This document shows, piece by piece, positions 37,526-49,652 of a stretch of 64,000 nucleotides of DNA (the stretch's first letter is position 1; every line of letters starts with the position of its first letter). The DNA lies in contig CM075990.1 in the NCBI GenBank assembly GCA_038087875.1, positions 3,474,001 through 3,538,000 of the forward strand. The letters run 5' to 3'. Below the pieces are notes generated by a model that was not told the origin of the DNA, searched no databases, and was given only the letters and a program-made list of their open reading frames with translations. The stretch is from Malacoraja senta. Lineage: Eukaryota. The translations under genes were made by a program, and so were the position numbers.

Positions 37526-39189
37526 CATCAATCATAGCTTCCTGCTTTTTCCAGAATCCTTTGAATTTCTCCTCTGCGAAAGATATTTGGTTTGAACAAT
37601 ACTTTGATCGTTACTTCTTCATCCAGTCAGCTTGTGAATTCTGAGACGCAGGGCGTAGCTAGGGGTAATGACATTCAAGCCATTCCAAGATGGCGTCCAG
37701 CCCAGGCAAGTACAGGTGTCAAAGGTTATGGGGTGAAGGGATGAGAATGGCATTAGGATGGAGAGATTGATCAGCCATATTGAATGGCAGAGTAGACCTG
37801 ATGGGCCGAATGGCCTAATTCTACTCCTATTCCTTATGACCTTATGACTATTGGCCTGCTAGCCACACAAGCAGATCTACAATCGAATATTACGATTGCT
37901 CCACACTCTTTGATCTCAATACCTACACGAACATTTCTTACTTTAACTGCGATCACTAAAAGTTATTCCCTTATCATGAGTCAAGGGAGAGAGTCAAGAA
38001 TGTTTTATTGTCATATGTCCCAGATAGAACAATATGTAGACATCGTGCTCATATACACATACTCACAAATACATAGATAGATATATATATATGATCTATA
38101 TACAGCATATACTGTAGATATATATGTATTTGTATTTGTGAGTAGGTGTAGGTGTGTAGGTCTGAAGAAGGGTTTCGACCCAAAATCTTGCCCATTCCTT
38201 CTCTCCAGAGATGCTGCCTCACCAGCTGAGTTACTCCAGCATTTTGTGTCTACCTAAGGTGTATACATATATATACATACACTGAACTTGTATACGCACA
38301 CATACGCACACACACAAAAAACAGACAATAATAGTGCACTAATAACAATAATAGTCTATGTAGTTAAGTAAGTAAGTAAGTAAGTTTATTGGCCAAGTAT
38401 TCACATACAAGGAATTTGCCTTGGTGCTCCGCCCACAAGTAACAACATGACATACAGTGACAGTTACGAATGACTCAGAAAACACTAAATTCACTAGTTC
38501 AGAGCTTATTTGAGGTTGTCGTGTTTAATAGACGAATGGCTCCAGGGAAGAAGCTGTTTCTGAACCTGGACGCCACAGTTTTCAGGCTCCTGTACCATCT
38601 TCCCGATGTCAGGGATGAAATGAGTGTGTGGCCAGGGCACACTGTATCTGTACACTGTGGACGGCTCGATTGTGATCATGTATAGTCTTTCCGCTGACTG
38701 GATAGCACGCAACAAAAAAGCTTTTCACTGTACCTCGCTACACGTGACAATAAACTAAACTGAACTAAACTTCGCTCCATAGATGCTGCTGCACCCGCTG
38801 AGTTTCTCCAGCACTTTTGTCTACCTTCGATTTTCCAGCATCTGCAGTTCCTTCTTGAACTAAACTCAGGTTTCCTGCTTGCAAACCTGGTCAGAAAGCC
38901 TCATCTGCTGGTTCACCGGGGTCATCGCACGCAGTATAGAGCTCGGTGTTGGGATCGTTCAGGTGGGTGGGTGGGGGGGGGGGTGGGGGGTGAGGCCCCA
39001 CCGGCACAACCTCTAGACTCGCTCTGACCACTTAGCAGTGAGCTGCTTTGCACGGGCCGAGAGAGCAGTGGGCTCGGTGAGGCCGCGAGATCACCTGAGC
39101 ATCTCATTTCATTCAGCTCTCGGCCCTCAGCTTCCGCATGGGAATCGCTCAAGCGAGCAGTGGATTCAAGAGAGAGAGAGAGAGTCAGG

Positions 39190-40150
39190 AGTCAAGAGTG
39201 TTTTATTGTCAAGTGTCCCAGAGAGAACGATGGAATTCTTACATGCAGCAGCACAACAGAATGTGTAAACATAGTACACTGTAAACTATATAATAAACGA
39301 GAGAGAAAGAAAAGTTCAGTGTGTGTATATATATATACACACACATACTCGCACACACACACATTTTTTAAATTTAAATTATTTTTATTAGAAGCAATTG
39401 TACAAGAATAAAACAAACGGCATGTGAAATTATACAGTTAATACAGCTTCAATTTTAACTTTTTAACTTGAAAATAAAGGAAAAGGAAAGAAAAGAGAAA
39501 GAACAAGAGGGAAAAAGTGAGAGGTGCAAAGATAGGAGCCCTAGACTACCAAAGTAGTGTGGCCAAAGAGTGGATAAAGATGTAAGAGAGGCGAAGGAAA
39601 AAAAAAAGAAAGGAAGAAAAAAAAAAAAAAAAGTGGTGATATACCTGCCTCGCACACACACACACACACACACATATATATACTGTATATATACATAGAT
39701 ACTCACATATATATATATGTGTGTGTTTTTGTGTGTATGTATGTGTGCGTGTGTATGTATATCTATATACTCATATACATAGATCATCTATGCATATATA
39801 CACACACACATACATACACACACATACATACACACACATACATACACACACATACATACACACACAAAAACAAATGACAATAGTGCAAATAATGTCAATA
39901 ATAGTCTTGTAGTTCAGAGCTTATATGAGGTTGTCGTGTTTAATAGCCTGATGGCTGTAGGGAGGAAGTTGTTCCTGAACCTGGACGTTACACTTTTCAG
40001 GCTCCTGTACCTTCTTCCCGTTGGCAGTGGTGAGATGAGAGGGTGGTGTGGGTCTCTGACGATGCTGGCTGCCTTTTTGAGGCAGCGACTCCGGTAAATC
40101 CCTTCGCCGGTGGGGAGGTCAGAGCCGGTGGGGATGGACATGGGCAGAGT
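39190..40150 (-). mobile_element. Rex1/Babar-like 3' fragment with CA/TA microsatellite and nested L1 tail
   Basis: ORF 39914-40141 IYRSRCLKKAASIVRDPHHP..RFRNNFLPTAIRLLN. Confidence 0.75.
39364..39648 (-). mobile_element. Short L1-type 3' UTR insertion with TSD
   Basis: cttctaataaaa and an A-rich tail on the minus strand, as in the other L1 copies. TSD ctcgcacacacacaca at 39348-39363 and 39649-39664. Confidence 0.65.
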
Positions 40151-40620
40151 TCAACACTTCTTGCCGTCTTCTGGCGGCATTCGCGGCTGGACGGACCCAG
40201 GCTTCATTTGTGGCTTCATTTAGGGGAGAGGACATCCCTGGTTGCAGCGTTGGCACCGGGATCATTGGCAGATGTGCCTGGCAGAGGAACCTCATTAAAA
40301 AGCCCTTAATAAGAAAAAACGCCAGCTCCTTGCATTCCCCGGCCATGCTGAGTGGAATGGGATTTACTTCCGCTAGGGTCGTGCATCTTGTTCCTACATG
40401 TTCCATATGCCTCCCGACCTCTGTTAAACTGACTGTCCTCTCAGGTAGACATGACCAGTCCTAAGGCACAATACTGAAGAAGACCAGGGATGTCTGTCCA
40501 AGGCTGCTGACCATTATTTATCAGGATACCTGGCCATTCTCACAGTCCAGGCACTGCGAGCTTGATGCTGCCTTTCCTTCACTGTACTAAAGCTGTTACA
40601 GAGTTCGTAAGACCTTAAGA

Positions 40621-41459
40621 CAAAGGACAAAGGACAAAGGACATTTATTGTCACATACACCAAATGGTGTAGTGAAATTTGTTCTTGCCATGCACCACAA
40701 ATAGACACAACATTAAAGAAATTTACCATAAAACATAAAAACATCCCCCCACAATGGATCCCACTGTGGGGGAAGGGCACAAAGTCCAGTCCATATCCCC
40801 TTGTCCACCCATAGTCTGGCCTATATAGGCCTCCACAGTCGCCGCTACAGGGGCCGATGTTACAGGCCCTTCTTCGCTGGGTGATGGTGCTCCGGCGTCG
40901 GGAGAACCCTCTCAGCAGCTTGGGACACCTGGAACGGCCGTCTCCCTACCGGAGTCCGCGGCTTCCGAAGCCGACAGGCCGCGCTCGATGGAGCTCCACC
41001 ACTGGCGATCTCGTCGCGAGATCCCAGGCTCCCGGTGTAAAGTTCAGCGCCGCCGCCCGCAGCTGACCGCTCCACAGTCCTGCAGCTCCGCGATGTTTCA
41101 CCGGCGGTCCCAGCTCACCGGAGTTCCAGCGCGGCAACACGGGCAAGGCATCGCCCGCTCCACGATAGCGCTCCAGCGTTGTGCCGCCGCCGAAGCCGAG
41201 GTTCTGGGCGGTCCCCTCAGGAAAACGCCGCTTCAGGCCCGCTGGTAGGCCGCGAGGACAGGTCGAAAGTGCAGCCCGGAGAAAAGCTGCCTCTCCGACC
41301 AGGTATGGACCCTAGAAAGTAGTTTCCCCCTTCCCACCCCCCACATAAAAAAGAATAGAACTCCTAAAAACAAAACAACTAACTAACTAAAAATTAAAAA
41401 AAAGATGAAAACGGACAGATGCAGGCTGGGCAGCCATACCACACAGGACGGCGCCCCCT
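40621..41459 (-). mobile_element. Apparently full-length GC-rich non-autonomous retroposon (~840 bp)
   Basis: Minus strand: gggggcgccgtcc head, T-rich block, CpG-rich body, tgtgacaataaa and a (tgtcctt)n tail. It splits a CR1 tail (taagaccttaaga|catagc). Confidence 0.7.
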
Positions 41460-43034
41460 ACATAGCACATTGCAGAATTAGTCCATTCAGTCCATCGAAT
41501 CTGCTCCGCCATTCAATCATGGCTGATCTATTTTTCCCTCTCAACCCCATTCTCCTGCCTTCTCCCCGTAACCTTTGGCTCCCTTATCTAACATTAGTTT
41601 TCTCCGGAGATGCTACCTGACATGCTGAGTTATTCCATGACTCTAGAATGGAAAATGTGAATATTTAGAATAGAATATATTTAAGAGGGAGTTAGATGTG
41701 GCCCTTGTGGCTAAAGGGATCAGGGGGTATGGAGAGAAGGCAGGTACGGGATACTGAGTTGGATGATCAGCCATGATCATATTGAATGGCGGTGCAGGCT
41801 CGAAGGGCCGAATGGCCTACTCCTGCACCTATTTTCTATGTATCTATGTATAAAGAATACTTTCCACATTGGTTGACTGTTGTCTGGGCTGTAGCCTCAT
41901 CTTACACAGAACGTGAGATATGTCCAGTGATGCTGAATGAGCACGTTGATAGATCTTCCCATCAGCCTCAGGCCTGTTTCCTGTTTCCTGTTTCCTGTTT
42001 CCTTTATCATCGTTACTTTTGTGCCTGTATTTCATTTATTTGAGAAGGAAGGAACTGCAGATGCTGGTTTACACCAAAGATAGACACAAAAAGTTGGAAC
42101 AACTCAGCGGGACAGGCAGCATCTCTGGAGAGACAGCATCTTGTCTGAAGAAGGGTCTCGAACGGAAATGTCACCCATTCCTTCCCTCCAGAGATGCTGC
42201 CTGTCCCGCTGAGTTACTCCAGCTTTTCAAGTCGAGTCAAGAGAGTTTATTGTCATGTGTCCCTGAGAGGACAATGAAATTCTTGCTTTGCTTCAGCACA
42301 ACAGAACATAGTAGGCATTGACTACAAAACAGATCAGTGTGTCCATATACCATAATATAAATATATACACACATGAATAAATAACTTTTGTCCATCTTTC
42401 ATTTATTTGTTCAATATCACCGTCTATATCTCTCGTTTCCCTTTCCCCTGACTCTCAGTCCGCAGAAGGGTCTCGACCCGAAACGTCACCCATTCCTTTT
42501 CCCCAGAGATGCTGCTCAGTGCCTGTCCCGCTGAGTTACTCCAGCATTGTGTTTAAACCAGCATCTGCAGTTCCTTCCGACACAGTCTCAGGCCATTGTT
42601 TGTCAGATCACAAATGAAGCCAGTGTATTACCGCTCTGCAATTCACCTTTGCAGCGGCAATATTATAGGGAGTCATCAATTTAATGCCTGTAATAGCGTT
42701 TGCATGTCTGCATTGCCCACCATGCTGACACTCCTCTCCAAATAGACTCTCTACTTAAGAGCCACCCAGGATGCTTTGCCTTAAACTATAAGCACAGGTA
42801 GGAGGAGCAAATAGCAGGAAGGGCTTTTGTTTGCTAGCCTCTCATTCACTCAATGTTTGCTGCTAATTACAGCCACCGTGCTGTTAATGACTTCAGCGCC
42901 TATCTCACAGTGAGGGTCTAATGGGTCCCAGGTCCCAGGCAGGGATACCTTCTCTTGCAAACTAGTCCTTTGAAATCCCATGCGTTGTCATTTAGAAGCT
43001 CTGCATCACCACGCTTTATCTAATCTAGTTTCAA

Positions 43035-43330
43035 GCTTAGTTTAGGTTAGAGACACAGCGCGGAAACATACCCTTCGTCCCACCGAGTGCGCGCTGACCA
43101 GCGATCCCCGCCCCAGTACTATCCTACACACATACTAGGGTCAATTTGCAATCACACCAAGCCAATTAACCGATAAATCTGTGTGTCTTTGTATAGTGGG
43201 AGGAAACCGGAGCACCCGGAGAAAACCCACGCAGGTCACGGGGAGAACGTACAAACTTCGTACAGACAGCACCCGTAGTCAGGATCGAACCCGGGTCTCT
43301 GGCGCAACTCTACCACTGCGCCACCATGCC
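43035..43330 (-). mobile_element. V-SINE (HE1-like)
   Basis: A and B boxes and core on the minus strand. Confidence 0.8.
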
Positions 43331-43417
43331 TAGGAGAGTCAAGAGTGTTTAATTGACATATGTAGTGAAAACAGAACCTTGAACTTTTTACCTGTGGCAG
43401 CAGAACAGGTCTATAAA

Positions 43418-43760
43418 CACAGACACAAAATGCTGGAGTAACTCAGTGGGACAGGCAGCATCTCTGGAGAGAAGGAATGGGTGATGTTTTGGGTGGAGAC
43501 CCTTCTGAGGGTTAGGAGAGAGGGAGATACAGAGATGTGGAAGGGTAAGGTGTGAAAACGTGAGATCAAAAGGGACTGAGTCAAAGAAAATGTAGAATAG
43601 ATCATTGTTAGCTGGGGAAGTGGACAACGAGGCTTACAAAAATAAAATGTAATCAGGAGCACAGCACAACTAGTTGGAGCACTAGGATGGGGAGGGATGG
43701 AGAGAGAGGGAAAGCAAAGTTTACTTGAAGTTAGAGAAGTCAATATTCATACCGCTGGGT
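43418..43760 (-). mobile_element. Penelope-like element 3' fragment
   Basis: PSGMNIDFSNFK* end of the GIY-YIG domain plus UTR and pLTR. Confidence 0.7.
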
Positions 43761-43920
43761 AAACATAATACTAATGGATTTCAGAATAAACTAAAGAAAG
43801 TTAAAGAAATTAAATATTAAATATTAAATTAATATTAAAATATAATATTATTGCAACACAAAAACTTGTGGTCCATTTTCAATCAAAACAGTTTGTAGTT
43901 TGGAGTTTGGAGAGTTGTGC

Positions 43921-44244
43921 GTCGCGGTGGTGCAGCGGTAGAGTTGCTACCTTACAGCGCTTGAGGTGCCGGAGACGCGGGTTCGATCCTGACTACGGGT
44001 GCTGTCAGTACAGAGTTTAAACATTCTCCCCATGACCGCGTGGGTTTTCTCCAAGATCTTCGGCTTCCTCCCACACTCCAAAGACGTACAGGTATGCAGG
44101 TTAATTGGCCTGGTATAAGTGTAAATTGTCCCTAGTGTGTGTAGGGTGGGGTTAGCGTCTGGGGATTGCTGGTCGGCGCGGACTCGGTGGACCGATGGGC
44201 CTGTTTCCGCGCTGTATCTCTAAACTAAACTAAACCAAACTAAA
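43921..44244 (+). mobile_element. V-SINE (HE1-like), full length
   Basis: A box, B box ggttcgatcc, core and (ctaaa)n tail. Confidence 0.8.
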
Positions 44245-44249
44245 GTTCA

Positions 44250-44540
44250 AGACCCTGATGGTTGGAGGGAAGAAGCTGTTTCTGAACCTGGACGTTACAG
44301 TTTTCAGGCTCCTGTACCTTCTTCCCGATGGCAGGAGTGAAATGAGAGCGTGGCCAGGGTGGTGTGGCTGCCTTTTTGAGGCAGCGACTCCTGTAGATTC
44401 CTTCGATGGTGGGGAGGTCAGTACCCATGATGGACCGGGCAGTGTCCACCACTTTTTGTCAACTCCTTCATTCCCGGGCGTTCAAGTTGCCGAACCAGGC
44501 CCTGATGCAACCAGTCAATGTGCTCTCTACTGTACACCTG
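44250..44540 (-). mobile_element. Rex1/Babar-like fragment
   Basis: VDTARSIMGTDLPTIEGIYRSRCLKKAA. Confidence 0.75.
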
Positions 44541-45102
44541 TTGGAAGAACTCAGCGGGACAAGCAACATCTATGGAAGGAAATGAACAGGTGACTTTTCA
44601 GGCCAGGACCGTTCCTCAGTCTGGGTTCAAGCTTGTTATTTTTTCTACCACCATTTCACGTGATAAACTTGATATATTGTGGAGTGAAACGTACAAACTC
44701 CAACTCACTTAGTCTAAGAAGCTGATGTAAATGGCGGCACAGTGGCGCAGCTGGAAGAGCCACTGCCTCACAGTGCCTGAGACCCAGGTTCGATCCTAAC
44801 CTCGGATGCTGTCTGTGTGGAGTTTGCACATTCTCCATGTGACCTGCATGGGTTTTCTCCGGGTGCTCCGGCCTCCTCCCAAATCCCGAAGACGTGCGGG
44901 TTTGTAGATTAATCGGCCGCAATAAAATTGTCCGTAGTGTGTAGGGAGTGGATGCGAAAAATGGATAAGGTCTTAAGTGATAGGAGTAGAATTAGGCCAT
45001 TCGGCCCATCAAGTCTACTCCACCATTCAATCATGGCTGATCTATCTCTCCCTCCTAACCCCAGTCCCCTGCCTTCTCCCCTTAACCTCTGACACCTGTT
45101 CT

Positions 45103-45862
45103 AGTTAATGGTGGACTTTGGGAGGAGAGGAGCAACCCTGTCCTCTGTCTCCATCAATGGTGTGGATGTGCAGTTTACCAGGGAGTACAAATATCTGGTA
45201 GTGTACCTGGACAGTAAACTGGACTGGTCCAGGAATGCTGAGGCCCTGTACAAGAATGGACAGAGCCAGCTGTACTTTTTGAGAGGGCTCCGCTCCTTCA
45301 ACATCTGCAGTAAGATGCTGCAGATGTTCTACCAATCGGTGGTGGCCAGTGCCAACTTCTTCACTGCTGTGTGCTGGGGCAGCAGGGCGAAGGCCACGGA
45401 CACCAACAGGATCAACAAACTCATCAGGAAGGCTGGCTCCATCCTGGGGGCGGAGGTGGATTCACGGGAGGTTGGTCTTGGAGGGGAGGATGCTCCTCAA
45501 ACTGCGGAGCATCCCAGACAACACAGCTCACCCCCTCCATGACACACTGGTCAACCTGAGGAGCACCTTCAGCAACAGTCTGGTTCCACCAAGATGCAGC
45601 ACAGAACGCCACAGGAGATCCTTCTTCCCTGTGGTTATCAAACTGTACAACTCCTCCCACTTCTGTCGTGGGGTAGACTGAGACTGACTCCCCCCCCCCC
45701 TCCTCCCACCTACTCAATCTTTGCACATCCCCAAAGCCTTTCCACTTGTCACTTTAATTTCATGTTTCAGTGTTTGATGAACTTGTGATTTTTATGACAG
45801 ATTAATGGCAGATTAATTTTCCTCATGGGATGAATAAAGGTCTATCGTATCGTATCGTATCG
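45103..45862 (+). mobile_element. Rex1-like LINE 3' portion
   Basis: EYKYLVVYLDSKLDWSRN..LYFLRGLRSFNICSKMLQMFYQSVVAS..HPLHDTL..RRSFFPVVIKLYN, then aataaa and a (tatcg)n tail. Confidence 0.88.
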
Positions 45863-46137
45863 TGATCAACATAGAACTAGTACGAACGAGCGAGCGATGG
45901 TCGGCTTAGACACGGTGGGTGGACCGAAGGGCCTGTTTCCATGCTGTATTCCACCCTAATAAAAACACACTGCCTGTTCAGTGGAAAGGTTCACCCTCAA
46001 CTTCAACACACAAAGGCCTCCTTTATAATTTGTTTTGATGTTGCAGGTTTAGTTGCCATCGGTGGGAGTTAATGATTAAGAGGAGTTAGTGCTTTCAGTG
46101 GAAGGCAGTGCAATGCACGGGTGTCCACTGCCTTCAT

Positions 46138-46415
46138 GTGGCACGGTGGTGCAGATGCATAGTTGCTGCATTACAGCATCAGAGACCCGGGTTCCATCAT
46201 GGCCACGGGTGCTGTCTGCACGTTCTCCCTGTGACCGCGTGGGTTTTCTCTGGGTGCTCTGGTTTCCTCCCACACTCCAAAGAAGTACAGGTTTGTGGGG
46301 TTAATAGGTTTCTGTAAAAATTGTAAATTGTCCCGAGCGTGTAGGATAGTGCTAGTGTACAGGGCGATCGCTGGTTAGCATGGACTCGGTGGGCCGAAGG
46401 GCCTTTTCCACACTG
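46138..46415 (+). mobile_element. V-SINE (HE1-like)
   Basis: Degenerate A and B boxes, core and 3' end. Confidence 0.7.
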
Positions 46416-46725
46416 TAGAAGAAGAATAGAATAGAATGCCTTTTATTGTCATTCAAACAGCTTGGTTTGAACGAAATTGCATTTAGACACTATATGTCTA
46501 AAGTCTAAAGTAAAAGCTACTTGTGAGGTAGTTGAGGCAGATACTATAACAATATTTAAAAGACATTTGGACAAGAATATGGATTGGAATGGTTTAGAGG
46601 GATATGGGCCAAATGCATGCAAATGATAATTACTTAGATGAGTATGAACGTGTTGGGCCGAAGGGCCTGTTTCTGTGCTGTATGACTCAATGACTAGTCA
46701 GGAACAAAGTCCACTCTAAAACTAA

Positions 46726-47000
46726 GCGGTAGAGTTGCTGCCTCACAGCGGCAGAGACCCAGGTTTGATCCTGACTATGGGTGCGGTCTGTACGGAGTTT
46801 GTACGTTCTCCCTGTGACCGCGTGGGTTTTCTCCGGGTGCTCCGGTTTCCTCCCACACTCCGAAGACGTGCAGGTTTGTAGGTTCGTTGGCTTCTGTAAA
46901 TTGTAAATTGTCCCTAGTGTGTAGGATAGTGTTAGTGTTGGGGTGACCACTGGTCGGCGCGGACTCGGAGGGCCAAAGGGCCAGTTTCCGCTCTGTTTGA
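46726..47000 (+). mobile_element. V-SINE (HE1-like)
   Basis: B box, core and 3' end. Confidence 0.75.
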
Positions 47001-47076
47001 CTCCATGACTCGTCCGGAAGAAACTCCACCCATAAAGTAACAGATTTGTAAGCAAGCTGTTTTGTGGTTAGATCAC

Positions 47077-47730
47077 CTTAGACAGTGAAGGGCCTGTTCC
47101 ACGGGCATGCGACTCCATGCGGCAAGCGCGACCTAACCGCAAGCGGAGCTGGTCCTGACATCACGCGGGGCTTCGAAAAACTGACACTGTTCAAAAATTC
47201 AGCGCGGCAAAGGCCTGCTGTAGATTACATGTGCATGTACCTTTAACATAGTGACCTCACCACTACTAACCACTCCCCACATCACTAGTATAATTACAAC
47301 CTTCCCACCCAGTGCTCTCTCTCTGGTTCCGGTGACAGACCACGAACAGCTAGGGCAGTAAAGTTTGTGTATCATGAATAAACAGTAGTAAAGACACTGT
47401 GTGTTATGACCCCTCTTTACACCTGCCGCCCCGCAGCCGCATCAAGGCCGTGCGCACCGCATCGATGGCCGTGCGCACCGCCTCGACGCCGTATGCAGCC
47501 GCATCGAGGCCGTGCACACCGCCTCGACGCCGTACGCGCCGTCTTGACGTCACTCGACCTCCGCACGGCCCCCGCTTCCGGTTTGGTGACGCTTGCCGCA
47601 TGGAGTCGCATGCTCGTGGGACAGGGCCTGTACGGGGATCACTCGACCTCCGCGCGGCCCCCGCTTCCGGTTAGGTCGCGCTTGCCGCACGGAGTCGCAT
47701 GCCCGTGGGACAGGTCCTTCACTGTCTAAG
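47077..47730. mobile_element. Palindromic MITE (possibly PIF/Harbinger-like) with duplicated right arm
   Basis: ~70-bp inverted repeats cttagacagtgaagggcctg..gacctaaccg / cggttaggtc..caggtccttcactgtctaag. A second right-arm copy lies at ~47550-47628 and a related left end at 56240. Confidence 0.7.
47219..47421 (+). mobile_element. Solo LTR (203 bp)
   Basis: TGTA...TACA termini, perfect 5-bp TSD cctgc (47214-47218, 47422-47426), TATA-like gtataatt at ~47288 and AATAAA at ~47377. Confidence 0.8.
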
Positions 47731-48854
47731 ATTAGAAATCCATTAAATGATTCTTGTGAAGATAGACAATGAAAGCTGGAGTAGCTCGGCGGGACAGGCA
47801 GCATCTCTGGAGAGAAGGAATGGGTGACGTTTTGGGTTTCGACCCGAAACATCAGTCATTCCTTCTCTCCAGAGATGCTGCCTGCCCTGCTGAGTTACTC
47901 CAGCTTTTTGTGTCCATCTTCGGTTTAAACCAGCATCTGCAGTTCCTTCCGACACAAATGATCCTTGTGGTTTTGTCAGTGCATGCTGATAGAATGTGGA
48001 GCCGAAGATGATGGGGGCGAGAGCAGGAAGGATGTGGTGAACAGGGTTGCAGTGAGGCGGAGAGCAGATGCAATCGTTGTTGCAAGTTGGACAACTGGGT
48101 GACTCACAGCAGGGCAGGAGACACGGGAGACTGCAGATGCTGAAATGCCGGGCAAAAATACAAACTGCTGGAGGAACTCAGCGGGTCAGGCAACATCTTC
48201 CTAGATGCCCAACACAGGCGACTATTTGTGTGCTAGACACAGAATCAGATCTACAAACTTATATTACAATCGTCCCAGAGAGTTGTGAATTTACCCAGAG
48301 AGTTGTGCATTTATGGAATTCCCTGCCACAGAGGGCAGTGGAGGCCAAATCACTGGATGGATTCAAGAGAGAGTTAGATAGAGCTCTAGGGACTAGTGGA
48401 GTCAAGGGATAATGGGGAAAAGGCAGGCACGGGTTATTGATAGGGGACGATCAGCCATGATCACAGTGAATCGAATCATGATCGAAGGGCCGAATGTCCT
48501 CCTCCTGCACCTATTTTCTATGTTTGTTTCTATGTCCCACACTCTTAAATCTCTCCTCCCACAGCAACAGTAGTTACTTGAACTACTGTATGATCTTCTT
48601 ATTCTATTATCTATTATCTTATTCTTATTCTATTATCATGTGTCTATACACAGTAAATGGATCAGTTGCATTCATGGATTGTCTTTCTGCTGACTGGTTA
48701 GCACGTAACACAAAAGCCTTTCACTGTACCTCGGTACACGTGACAATAAACTAGACTGAACTGAAACCGACCTGAACTGAACTGAATCTGAAACCCTTCT
48801 TCTTTCTGAGAGAGTTTGTTGTTTGCATATGCAATAAACCCTCGTTATAACGGG

Positions 48855-49322
48855 CCAAGCACGACACCTGGAGGCTGCAGCGAATCGTCCGATCAGCAGA
48901 GAAGGTTATCGGCTGCAACCTTCCCTCCATTGATGAACTGTACACTGCAAGGGCCAGGAAGCGAGCGGGCAAGATCATCTCTGACCCCTCTCACCCTGGC
49001 CACAAACTCTTTGAATCACTTACCTCTGGAAGGCGACTCCGGACTGTCAAAGCTGCCACAGCCAGACATAAAAACAGTTTTTATCCACGAGTAGTTGCTC
49101 TACTCAACAGCCAAAAATCTGTAGCCTCCCTTTGATCTGGTATTTTGTTGGTTCACATGCTTGATCAATGGTGTTTTATCATTAATGTTTTATTATTGTT
49201 AATGTTTAGTGTTTTCTGAGTCATTCGTAACTGTCACTGTATGTTATGTTGTTACTTGTGGGTGGAGCACCAAGGCAAATTCCTTGTATGTGAATACTTG
49301 GCCAATAAACTTACTTACTTAC
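48855..49322 (+). mobile_element. Rex1/Babar-like LINE 3' end
   Basis: Nearly identical to 32606-33079, including the UTR and (ctta)n tail. Confidence 0.88.
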
Positions 49323-49652
49323 TATAGGGAATGTTGTCTTTTATTGCCGATTCTCTGCTACAACCGAGTACGGTATTATGCGTTTGAGTTTAGTTTATTG
49401 TCACGTGTACCGAGGTACAGTGCAAAGCTTTTGTTGCGTACGAACCCGTCAGCGGAAAGTCAACACATGATTACAATCAAGCCACCCACAGTGTACAGAT
49501 AGATACAGGATAAAGTGAAAGGTTGGTGGGTGTATGGAACGAGCTGCCGGAGGAGGTAGTTGAGGCAAAGACTATCACAACGTTTCAGAAATATTTGGAC
49601 AGGTACATGGATAGGACAGGATTAGGGGGATATGGGCCAAATGCAGGCCAGT

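Noticed and set aside
40160..40610. Unique-looking GC-balanced stretch as an exon or LINE fragment
   Set aside because: The frames I translated gave no recognisable motif and contain stops. Left unassigned.
41270..41312. U1 snRNA-like start (atacctggtcggaga, minus strand) in the GC-rich retroposon
   Set aside because: The similarity is only about 10 nt, with no Sm site or U1 stem-loops visible.
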